Shown here one piece after another: positions 9,901-18,527 of a DNA stretch of 64,000 nt; position 1 is the stretch's first letter; each line of letters opens with the position of its first letter. The translations under genes and the position numbers were made by a program. The notes beneath the pieces are model-generated. The model did not search any database, had not been told where the DNA came from, and saw nothing but the letters and a program-made list of their open reading frames with translations. Where the stretch lies: IMG/VR virus record IMGVR_UViG_3300027763_000039, positions 44,317-108,316 of that record; one strand, written 5' to 3'. Source of the DNA: a virus.

Positions 9901-12491
9901 ACTTCTGGATGATTACTAAATCCAATTATTGGAGGTATTTTACCTTGATCATCACACATGGCATTAACTGTAACTGATCCTACTATCAAAGCATCATCAA
10001 TATAATTACCTGGTTCTTCCCAGGCCCCGTCAGATGAAATCTGAAAATCTGTATAAACCTTCCCAGTACCTTGTTGAACAAAGATTCCAGTTGATTTTCC
10101 ATCTGAATCTTTAATCTCAGTCGTGGCACCATCATTAGTAAATAATCTATTATCTCTATACCACTGTGGCATAGGAACTTTAATCATATATTGTTTACCA
10201 TAATATTCTGTGGCGATATTAGCAAAAAATTTATGAATAGCTTGCAAATGATTATATAGAGTTTTTTGAAAAGGAGTAGCTTTATCCATTTCTGTTTGGG
10301 CCTGTCTTTGTGCTCCACCTTGAAAATTTGCTCGGTTCACACGATCAGTATTAGAGTTATTCCATAGCGTTTTTACTAAACCTTTAAAATTTTCTGAAGC
10401 ATTAAAATTACCATATGTTTGTCTAAAAACTTTGTAACAAAGTTCAGCAATATCTGTGGTGAAATTTGGATTAAAAGCATATGCCATCCATACATCAAAA
10501 CCCTTACCAGCAGCTCGTATTTCATTTTCTAAAACTAAAAATAATGAACTGTTATTACTATAACCATCAAAGTATGTTTTTGGCAAAGCACCCTTAAGGT
10601 CATCTATATAAAATAAAATTTGCATTTGAGCCATACCAGGATCAAAATAAACTTTACGAACTAATCCATTAGAGCCTACTCCAAAATAAGGACAGATGAC
10701 ATCTGTATACATTGGATGATTTTCCTTAGCTCCTGGTAATTTAATAAGAGTAATTTTACCAGCCAAATTTACTCCATCATAATAATTTCCTCTAGAAATA
10801 TTATTAGAAGAACTCCAAGGATCTAAAGGATTGGGATTATTTGAGAACATCTGTTTATCAGTGAAATTTCCCGGTTGATTCTCAGCCACTGCTGCACCAT
10901 CACCATATAAACTAGAATATCTTCTGGTACTCAAAAAACTAGGAGCTCTTAATTGATTACTACCTGGTTGTCCAATAGAATTTTCATAATTAATAAAAGA
11001 ACCCGTTTTATTATTAGCATAAGGATCATAAATTAGTGTTGTTTGCTTAGAAACTAAAGAACTAGTTTTAAATTGCCATAATCTTTTCTGTTTTCCACCC
11101 AAATACATTGATCTAGTAGTTTGATCAGAGTATTCTTGTCCATAATTGAAAGTGCTAACATTATACTTCTGCCTTACTAACCAAGATACATAGTTTTTAA
11201 TAACATCTTTTTGTGGTTGTAATCTACGAGAGACTGTGTTAACCTTAAAAATGGCACTATATGTACTTCCAGCAGGAGCTGGTTCTAATGAGATAAAAAA
11301 ATCATATCCTGATCCATCACAAATTTCTGTAATAAAAGACATTAAACTAATAGTTGGTCCTGTCATATATAGACTAGAAGGTGGATATGGTAATGCGCTC
11401 AAATCTAATTTATAGTAAGAATGAAAACTTCCATCACCACCCATAACACTAGGACATAAACAACAGTCTTTTAATGATATCTTGTTACCATCAGCATCAT
11501 TTATACCAGATTGATCAAAATCTACAGGAGAACCATTTGCAAAAGATAGTGCTCGGCCAAGAATTGCACCATGAGGAAAAAATGGATTAGTGTCTGTTGT
11601 TCCTTGAGCCAGCATATTAACTAGAGCATCATAGATATTTCTTGCGGGTATTCCATTGTCTGTTCTTCCAGAATTACCAAATCCTATTTGTTCCCAGTAT
11701 CCATAAATATTAAAAACATTAGGTAAATTACCTTGTCTTATAGAACCATTAAATGGTAAAAACGGTTTAGTAGAATCATAATGACATGGTACAGAGATAT
11801 TTTTTCCAGTACTATTGTCTGCTGTGTTTGGTATTGTGGCGGCTACTGTTCCAGCATATTCATCTATAATTAACCAACATCCTTTTAATAAAGACGACCC
11901 ACTCTTCATCTCTATTTCATAAATGGGCGAACCGCCTTGAGAACCGTTAGCTTTCCATGATGTTATTAATCCTCCAAAATATAAATCTTCAAACCAAAAT
12001 ACTGCTGGAATACCAATCAAGTCATATCCTACATTAGAAAACTTATTGGCGCCAGCTAAAAACCCTGGATCTGGTCCTAACCATTTTTTTGGAATACCAT
12101 TAACATTTTTACATATTTTCCCAAAATCCATACTATTATTATTTTGTTGTTCAATTTGTAAGCTAATTGGCTTAACTAAATTTTTAGTATTATCTGTAGA
12201 GAAATTTTCTGATGAGTCCATCACCAAAGCTTGAGACTTAGTATTAACTGGTTGATTATTAACCTGTTTTACCGAAGTATTAAGAGTATTATATTTAACA
12301 GATCGTGGGTGGTATGCTTGGTCCCATACTACAGTAACGGTTAAAGAACTAGAATCCTCACCCCAGGCCAAATTCATATTAAAGTTAGTAACGCTACATC
12401 CTAAAAATAGTGATTGTTCTAGTGGACCAACTTCTCTATATGACCCAACCGGATCAGCTGTACACTCTTTGCTAGGAGTTATATTTCCCAT
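6921..12491 (-). CDS. Putative tail tip/baseplate hub (Tal-like) protein, 1856 aa, with a CPFC...CPFC Zn-ribbon
   Basis: Long ORF downstream of the TMP and the Dit-like gene; beta-rich N-terminus (LFLGCSVTNFNMNLAWG); GCPFCQG...ECPFCE motif. Function from synteny. Confidence 0.6.
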   Translation of the reverse strand: MGNITPSKECTADPVGSYREVGPLEQSLFLGCSVTNFNMNLAWGEDSSSLTVTVVWDQAYHPRSVKYNTLNTSVKQVNNQPVNTKSQALVMDSSENFSTDNTKNLVKPISLQIEQQNNNSMDFGKICKNVNGIPKKWLGPDPGFLAGANKFSNVGYDLIGIPAVFWFEDLYFGGLITSWKANGSQGGSPIYEIEMKSGSSLLKGCWLIIDEYAGTVAATIPNTADNSTGKNISVPCHYDSTKPFLPFNGSIRQGNLPNVFNIYGYWEQIGFGNSGRTDNGIPARNIYDALVNMLAQGTTDTNPFFPHGAILGRALSFANGSPVDFDQSGINDADGNKISLKDCCLCPSVMGGDGSFHSYYKLDLSALPYPPSSLYMTGPTISLMSFITEICDGSGYDFFISLEPAPAGSTYSAIFKVNTVSRRLQPQKDVIKNYVSWLVRQKYNVSTFNYGQEYSDQTTRSMYLGGKQKRLWQFKTSSLVSKQTTLIYDPYANNKTGSFINYENSIGQPGSNQLRAPSFLSTRRYSSLYGDGAAVAENQPGNFTDKQMFSNNPNPLDPWSSSNNISRGNYYDGVNLAGKITLIKLPGAKENHPMYTDVICPYFGVGSNGLVRKVYFDPGMAQMQILFYIDDLKGALPKTYFDGYSNNSSLFLVLENEIRAAGKGFDVWMAYAFNPNFTTDIAELCYKVFRQTYGNFNASENFKGLVKTLWNNSNTDRVNRANFQGGAQRQAQTEMDKATPFQKTLYNHLQAIHKFFANIATEYYGKQYMIKVPMPQWYRDNRLFTNDGATTEIKDSDGKSTGIFVQQGTGKVYTDFQISSDGAWEEPGNYIDDALIVGSVTVNAMCDDQGKIPPIIGFSNHPEVNSREKWVAEQYIFNASNIPASNYGKSHLVTNWTFLLNSRRATDAVDENNNYYSSISHSLPPEEYIDIYTGGFANSMAFRTAHGFPIGSSTGANSKVSKQIGKTYVKANCEKDFVFIEPDADARVVVQISSPVKMGNGRNIADKEVGHIISQDFLLKMLKDSTIPSPVRNGADVGTNSTVNGGLRRYPYTLTWDPRGVMASFLYPGLQNEVFLDNNGQDSNLSSNNMHVLEKAAYPYFAAIPLESSMATYGPWTNHPGLIEEAIFDKTVLDVPSSVNNLVGSVKVQHDAGLVPWNYGGMDALDAAVMARIKDDVNYQQITEQGSIQVPGALLTSLSGTAFNLGDALIGENQKFGGPIISSIQVQVGEGGITTNYNFRTYTRKLGFYNKENADRIKEIGQESLKRRKEISTSLMGVLGSLNNGPQYGPTLSNQRYFGNLFNIHNEDNTPKVLRWSPFEILTGSNATIVRPDSTITDIYKDLNYSPGWSKMPFVTRNISYDPINMIRESTNVSLQDVQELPTEFQKGYENKSMMSLDGILSPISFYPTPHGSTFSITKYPRPGCPFCQGTAKYKYKYLDPDNTLTTVNVSTMTNAAIEKEVECPFCETIEDKKKKALVSASPKETNPPYILASGDDLTLIGKNSSGLPNGLSGNPIINYATLNPVLMSVGEFSSFQNRQFTDKTGHSIDLIGQGLTIPEGANGLKPAYAKNIERSYLDYDQNYMEFCSKRGVAPGITPANNMRYFGLRGPLMVHAWGYDLEGYPVPNASGEPKVIDGEIVKDTKTKQIIYKNQSQKPDGTWTEPYKEHQFYKGWGQLPSTWPVGPIDLRWDANAGVWTVGANYKPIWVVLETDLVNRQPSRGAVIEDSYTNDPLPSGLRKLVFVQDNLNIICVPRNAPVYCKYNGQNGFYEPIYNKHYITSGIIKGETQVSIYNIYQDPANTAANISSTTSPAPVITPETYLTTFNNPMGFNVVPDDLGMFIFMNGSWILQSVNC

Positions 12492-12518
12492 AATTTTATC
12501 CTTATTTTAATCTTCCTA

Positions 12519-14165
12519 TTAATCTGTTATGCACCTTACCCATTCCCATCCTTTAATTTTCGTGAATCTTCCTTCGGTGGGATTCCAAGTTGAACTATCC
12601 TGCTTGATATAAGATTTTACACCGCCGTTGATTGGATTAGATGACATATTCCCCGGATTAAAAGCTTCAACTGCTCCTGTAACAGCATTATAATGTTCTA
12701 CTGGAAATGTTAGATTTTTTAATCCTGTTGGCCTAGGAAATATCGCTTCAAAAGTAACATTTCTAGTAGCAGCAGTAACTGTTCCCAAGTCTTGTAAAAT
12801 AGGACCAAGTTTACGACCAAGAACAAAAATAGAAGCAATAATAGGAACAGCAGAAGTATCTTCTATAGTTAATGTTTCGCTAATTGAACCTGGAATTAAA
12901 TTAATTGGTCTATTGTTAAAAACCCAATTATAAGTCACAGTACCTTCTGATGGATTAAAACCTTCTTGAATACTATATGGAATGGGATTCATTGCATTTT
13001 CATATCCATTTGATCGAGTTCTATCGTTTTTGAATGGGCCGTCTTTAAAAAGAGGAGAAAAAAAGCTACGATCTCCAGTATTGGCAAAACTATTTACTCT
13101 ATTCATTATTTCAGGCTTAATACCACTATATCCACTAATAGCAGCAATAAATTTACTATTGTATATTCTAGTGTCTTTAGTATCTTTGTTATGAAGTTCG
13201 GCCAACGAACCACTTAAAGATCCACTAATATATGGTACTTTATCTTTGTTGTATATGTTTCCACTTTGAAAAGGTTCTAATCCTTTAACTGTGCCTTGAA
13301 TAGTAACTGTTCTTAACATGGTATTATCTAGAGTATTCTCCACAGAGAAAGTTTCTATATACCCCATTTTATCATCAGGCATACCCAGCCAAGTATCTGT
13401 AACTTTATAAGAACCTTCAGTATCACTAGTATTAACACTTCTAACAAAATTATACAGATATAAGCCCTGATCAATAACTCCTGTATATTTGGGGATTCCA
13501 GTAAGATGAACATTAACCCAGTATTTTGCATTTTGAACGGCACTTGTTCCTACTCCACTACCTGTTGGTATAAATTTACCAACTGCCCCTAATACTCTGG
13601 TAATACGATATAGTGGATATATTGAACCGGCACCATATGTTATCTTTCCAAAACCCAAAGAACCAATATCTAATGGAGATTTAGCAAAATTATACTCATC
13701 AATAGTTTCTATAGTATAATCATCTTGCGTACTACTAACATAGTATATGTTATTTCCTGTATCTACAACTTCTGATTGTAATTCTATACTATAGTTTATT
13801 GTAGTTGTCCAATTATCCTCTGTTTTATCAGCAGCATATTTAGTAATTTTAATTCCAGAATATACTATATTATCCTTAGTAGAATTATCATTCTCTCCAC
13901 AACCGATAGTTAAATTTTGTCCATCTGAAGAAAAAATCTTTTTCAATCCACTTTCCAAAGTTAGTAAACCAGAAAAACCAGAATTCCCGCCGCTAATAGC
14001 AGAATAGATTTTCCCCTCTAAATTAATAGTAACAGTAGCTCCAACAGGTCTCCCACCACCATCTCTTTGTTGTTCTTTAGAGATACTTATTACTGGAACA
14101 GGATATCCGCTGGCTCCTTTAAAGCTAAAGGTTCCATATTTTATATATGCTGATGTTGCTGCCAT
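12519..14165 (-). CDS. Putative distal tail (Dit-like)/baseplate protein, 548 aa
   Basis: ORF with AAGGA RBS; beta-rich; lies between the TMP region and the hub-like gene. Confidence 0.5.
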   Translation of the reverse strand: MAATSAYIKYGTFSFKGASGYPVPVISISKEQQRDGGGRPVGATVTINLEGKIYSAISGGNSGFSGLLTLESGLKKIFSSDGQNLTIGCGENDNSTKDNIVYSGIKITKYAADKTEDNWTTTINYSIELQSEVVDTGNNIYYVSSTQDDYTIETIDEYNFAKSPLDIGSLGFGKITYGAGSIYPLYRITRVLGAVGKFIPTGSGVGTSAVQNAKYWVNVHLTGIPKYTGVIDQGLYLYNFVRSVNTSDTEGSYKVTDTWLGMPDDKMGYIETFSVENTLDNTMLRTVTIQGTVKGLEPFQSGNIYNKDKVPYISGSLSGSLAELHNKDTKDTRIYNSKFIAAISGYSGIKPEIMNRVNSFANTGDRSFFSPLFKDGPFKNDRTRSNGYENAMNPIPYSIQEGFNPSEGTVTYNWVFNNRPINLIPGSISETLTIEDTSAVPIIASIFVLGRKLGPILQDLGTVTAATRNVTFEAIFPRPTGLKNLTFPVEHYNAVTGAVEAFNPGNMSSNPINGGVKSYIKQDSSTWNPTEGRFTKIKGWEWVRCITD

Positions 14166-14186
14166 AAATTATCCTTAAATTTATTC

Positions 14187-17100
14187 CTAGTTCAAATACA
14201 ATGGATCAGCACCATAATGATTGAGCTGATTGATTCTTGCTGTGGCTGACCATATTGCAGTATATCCTGTGGAACCACTAGCAACAATACTCAGTCTAGA
14301 GGGATTAGATGCAACTATTTGAGTGCTCAATGACATTCCAGCAGGCATACTATCTCCATAAGTTCTTACGCTTTCTGTGCCAAGCTTAGAAAATCTAAGA
14401 CCACTCACTGTTCTAATTAGAGCCCCTTCAATAAATATACCAGCCCCATATCTAGTCCCATAAGTATTTTGAGCTATTGTAGTCCCAGATTGCCACATAA
14501 CAGAAACATCTATTTGATATGCCCAAACTCTATCGTATTCATAATTTTGAGATCCAGAAAAAGCATCCAAATTGATACAGTTGGTTGAGGTTTCTGTTGT
14601 AGAAACTGTGCTTCCAGTTTGTGGTTTTGTCCAATCATTTACTAATGGTCTTACTTGACCACCATCTGTTGTACGAGTTCTTAAATAGTATTGAGCAAAC
14701 TGGGATGATCCGTTGTATTTTTCTTCACTAACCTTCAGAGATCCTCCAGCAAAAACATGATTATGTGTTGTGCGAGTTACTTGTGCTTTATAACCAAATT
14801 CTATACCAGCAATAGTACCAGGATCATTAGCTGTTGTGTTTTGATAAACTCTTAAACCACTAGATCCTACCCATGCATCTCCACGATAAACTAACATGCT
14901 TCCATCAGTCATGTTGGTGCCATCAACAAATTTATTAGTTAAACCAATATCTACTCTGTATGATGAATTACCTTGTGAAGTGTAGGTTATATTTGCTGGA
15001 TATATTCCAGAAAACTGTGTTTTCAAATCTATATCGCTAAAGCTCAAATTCCCATACTGGTCAGTTTTTAAATAATATCCAGAGACGGTTGCTCCCACAC
15101 CAAGTTTCAAACTATTAAACCAAGCTGTACCATTAGCATATAATACCACTCCACTGCTATTAGCATTAGAAATATTATTAGATGAAGCATTGATCATCAC
15201 TGATCCAGTTGGACTAATATGAAAACCATTTCTATTGCTCCAAGAACCAGAATTAATAACCGAAAATTTATTACCTAAGCCACGGTTATTAAATACTGTA
15301 TCATAATTATCGTTAGAGCTTAGTACGATATTATAAAAGCTATCTGGATTATTAACTAGAACATCATTAGTAAAGACTCCAGTAGCTCCCAGAGCTAAAA
15401 TTTGTTGAGAATTGATCCATTTGATGCTGGCATTTCCTGTAGCTAATGAGCCTTCATTTGCAAAAATAACACTATTAGGTCTTGTTGTAGTAGAGTTTAA
15501 TCGTCCACTATTATTAACATATAAGAATGTTCCAGTAAGACTAGGAGATAGATTGATTCCACTACTGATTGTTAAATTATTAAATGTGCCAGAATTACCA
15601 CTAACATTATAAAAATCGATTCTTTGATTACCAAAATTAGTATCTAATAATACTTTAGCAAATTCAACACCACCACTACCTCTTATTCTGAATCTGTATG
15701 TGGATGCTTCATCATTAACAAATACCCCGGTAGAAGCAATATAAAAACCATTATCTCCCCCCAAATTAAAATTCATTTGTTTGGTACTAGGACTGTACAA
15801 TATCTCAGAAATGCCACTAGCAACCTTATCACTTACTCTATACAATAATCCATTATCCGTACCAGAAATTCTAACAGGCAACTGCCATGTTCCAACGCCG
15901 TTAGTATTAGTTGTTAATACATAAGCGTCTGGAGCAGAAAAACCCACTCTAATTCCGGATGTTGTTGTTGTTCCACTTACTGATAACTCTGATGTTGGAC
16001 TATTTGTATTAATACCTACTCTATTATTATTTAAAGAAACATTCAAAACACTAGTATTATCATTACTAGACTTAATAATAAAGTTATCTTGTATAGCACC
16101 AGAATTGAAGACAACCTTATCATTATCTAATAACATCTTATTAGAATTATTAGTGCCCATATAAAGAGTATTATCTGCAACACCACTAATACCGTATCCT
16201 AGCACCACATTACGAACACCAGAAACATTATTATTATAACCAACAACAACACCACTACTATACAAATATCTATTATTAGTGCCAATAACTATATTATTAG
16301 AACCATAGATTGGATTCGTTTCAGTACCACCAGCCCCACCCATTCGTTGATATGGCATTACTAAACCACTAATTACGGATGTATTGGGACTATTATTATC
16401 ATCAAAAGCAGTATTGATAGAATAATATCCATTAGTAGTATCAACAGACATTGGTGAACCAATAGATATGGTAGTGGTTTCATCAATAGTATTTTCTGTT
16501 ACATTAACAATATCTCTAATGAAAGTATTTGAAACAGATGGTGAGCTTTGAACGTAAAATAAAATCTTATCACCGGCTATATATTGTGACAATAATCCAC
16601 GGGTGGGAATTGTTATATTGAGTCCAGCACTATCTAAAGTACATTTGTCTCTGGTGGAACCTAAAGTATTATTACGACCATATACTATATTATTGATACC
16701 GTGTAAATTATTTGATGTTCCAATAATGATTCCACTTGATACTGCCTGATTATATCCTAATACAATATTTCCACTACCAAAAACATCCATTTTATTATTT
16801 GTGGTGTTAAAAACTATAGACTCTTGACCAACAGCTAGTATCTTAGATCCAACAGCACCTAATTGATCACCGACCAAGAAATTAGAATTGCCAATTGCAT
16901 AAGCGTTGGAAGTATTTTTTAAGTTATTATAGGAACCAACAGAACTAATATTAGAACCAGAAGCAACATTTTTATTACCCAAAATAACATTACTATTACC
17001 AGATAATACCAAATTATTAATACCAGCAACAATAGAATTATTAACTGTTCCAGCTGTTCTAGCAGGGTTACCGCTAATGGCTCCATCTGAAGAGATATAA

Positions 17101-18515
17101 GCTCCAGTTTGATTATTCAGTATGCCTACAATTAAATTATTATTACTAATGGGTGGGACAGCATTAATGCTACCCAATACTAAATTGTTAGAGACAGTAC
17201 CACTTAAATTATTAGTATTGCCAACAACTAAAGAACCATTGATATCCTTAAGAGTATTAGACTGACCAATAAGTAATAGTTTGGATGGGGCTCCACTAGC
17301 AAAATTATTATTGATACCTAAAAGAATACTTTGATCCAGACCAGAGCTTGTAGAATTACCTAATCCAATAACAATAGACTTGCTTGTATCTTGTAAATTA
17401 ATATTATTGCCAACAAAAATACCACTAGAAATATTAGTTATATTTTGATCAGAACCAATACAGATAAGTTTGGTGCCGGTAATTACATCTGAACTGCCAT
17501 ATACTTTATTAGAGTTACCACTTAAACTAACTTTAGAACCAACTACGCTATTATCATTACCAAATATAGTATTAATATTACCAATATAAATATTGTTGTC
17601 GCCAGTATTACTTACATAAGAACCCAAAACAACACCAGATGCTCCAGAACCAACTCCAACTTGAACTAATCCAACATTTGTAGAAACATTAAGATTGTTA
17701 TTCCTTCCTAAAAGAATATTATAGTTACCAGTAATACTACTAGAATTACCAACAAAAATATTAGATAACCCAGTTAAACTAACTGAGTCACCCAGAGCAG
17801 TATTATTTGAACCAATTAATCTAGAGTTATTTACTAGAGCAAAAACTTTGGCTCCATTAAAATAGTTTGAACTACCAACAACTATGCCAGTATTAGATAT
17901 TCCTGTGTTACTTGAGCCGACAGTTGTTAATCCAACACCAGTTACAGAATTGCCAACACCTAAGACTGTGTATGTATAACCAGAAACGCTGTTGCCACCA
18001 CCCAGCACAACATTTCTTAAATTAGCACTAAATACTGGTTTATTTGTTCCTTTATCGTCAACAGTGAATAGTATTTCGCCACTAGTAGATCCCGTAATAG
18101 GATCTAAAATTTTGGACATTATTTGTCCGTAAACAATTTCGTTATAATTAGTGTCTCGTCCAGCCAAATTAATAGTAGCTGGATAGCTGCCAGATAATGG
18201 AGCAGTTTGGGGGTTGTGTACTAATAGGAGGGTGACACCTGTGGGGCAATTTGTAATACTCTCAACAATTAAGCCATCTTTAGCACATGGGGCGACCACA
18301 TGCAAAACAGCATCTGGTAATCCTGTACCAATTCCTAGTCTGCCAGTTGAGGCATCAAAATGTACTAGTCCATTACCGGTACCACGAATGCTAAAATCAA
18401 TATCTTGTTTGAGAGCATTAAAAGAGGTGCTAATACCAGAAGTTTCTGATAAGATAATTGATGGATTAACGCCAGAACCAACATAGAGTGTGCCGGATAC
18501 TGTTTGATTGCTCAT
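14187..18515 (-). CDS. Tail fibre/spike with long YadA-head-like G-x-x-N beta-roll repeats, 1442 aa
   Basis: Dozens of h-h-G-x-x-N repeats (NNIYIGNIN, NSVVGSKV, NLVLGSIN); fibre motifs RLGIGTGLPDAVLHV and RVGINTNSPTSELSVSG. Confidence 0.75.
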   Translation of the reverse strand: MSNQTVSGTLYVGSGVNPSIILSETSGISTSFNALKQDIDFSIRGTGNGLVHFDASTGRLGIGTGLPDAVLHVVAPCAKDGLIVESITNCPTGVTLLLVHNPQTAPLSGSYPATINLAGRDTNYNEIVYGQIMSKILDPITGSTSGEILFTVDDKGTNKPVFSANLRNVVLGGGNSVSGYTYTVLGVGNSVTGVGLTTVGSSNTGISNTGIVVGSSNYFNGAKVFALVNNSRLIGSNNTALGDSVSLTGLSNIFVGNSSSITGNYNILLGRNNNLNVSTNVGLVQVGVGSGASGVVLGSYVSNTGDNNIYIGNINTIFGNDNSVVGSKVSLSGNSNKVYGSSDVITGTKLICIGSDQNITNISSGIFVGNNINLQDTSKSIVIGLGNSTSSGLDQSILLGINNNFASGAPSKLLLIGQSNTLKDINGSLVVGNTNNLSGTVSNNLVLGSINAVPPISNNNLIVGILNNQTGAYISSDGAISGNPARTAGTVNNSIVAGINNLVLSGNSNVILGNKNVASGSNISSVGSYNNLKNTSNAYAIGNSNFLVGDQLGAVGSKILAVGQESIVFNTTNNKMDVFGSGNIVLGYNQAVSSGIIIGTSNNLHGINNIVYGRNNTLGSTRDKCTLDSAGLNITIPTRGLLSQYIAGDKILFYVQSSPSVSNTFIRDIVNVTENTIDETTTISIGSPMSVDTTNGYYSINTAFDDNNSPNTSVISGLVMPYQRMGGAGGTETNPIYGSNNIVIGTNNRYLYSSGVVVGYNNNVSGVRNVVLGYGISGVADNTLYMGTNNSNKMLLDNDKVVFNSGAIQDNFIIKSSNDNTSVLNVSLNNNRVGINTNSPTSELSVSGTTTTSGIRVGFSAPDAYVLTTNTNGVGTWQLPVRISGTDNGLLYRVSDKVASGISEILYSPSTKQMNFNLGGDNGFYIASTGVFVNDEASTYRFRIRGSGGVEFAKVLLDTNFGNQRIDFYNVSGNSGTFNNLTISSGINLSPSLTGTFLYVNNSGRLNSTTTRPNSVIFANEGSLATGNASIKWINSQQILALGATGVFTNDVLVNNPDSFYNIVLSSNDNYDTVFNNRGLGNKFSVINSGSWSNRNGFHISPTGSVMINASSNNISNANSSGVVLYANGTAWFNSLKLGVGATVSGYYLKTDQYGNLSFSDIDLKTQFSGIYPANITYTSQGNSSYRVDIGLTNKFVDGTNMTDGSMLVYRGDAWVGSSGLRVYQNTTANDPGTIAGIEFGYKAQVTRTTHNHVFAGGSLKVSEEKYNGSSQFAQYYLRTRTTDGGQVRPLVNDWTKPQTGSTVSTTETSTNCINLDAFSGSQNYEYDRVWAYQIDVSVMWQSGTTIAQNTYGTRYGAGIFIEGALIRTVSGLRFSKLGTESVRTYGDSMPAGMSLSTQIVASNPSRLSIVASGSTGYTAIWSATARINQLNHYGADPLYLN

Positions 18516-18527
18516 TATAATTACCCC

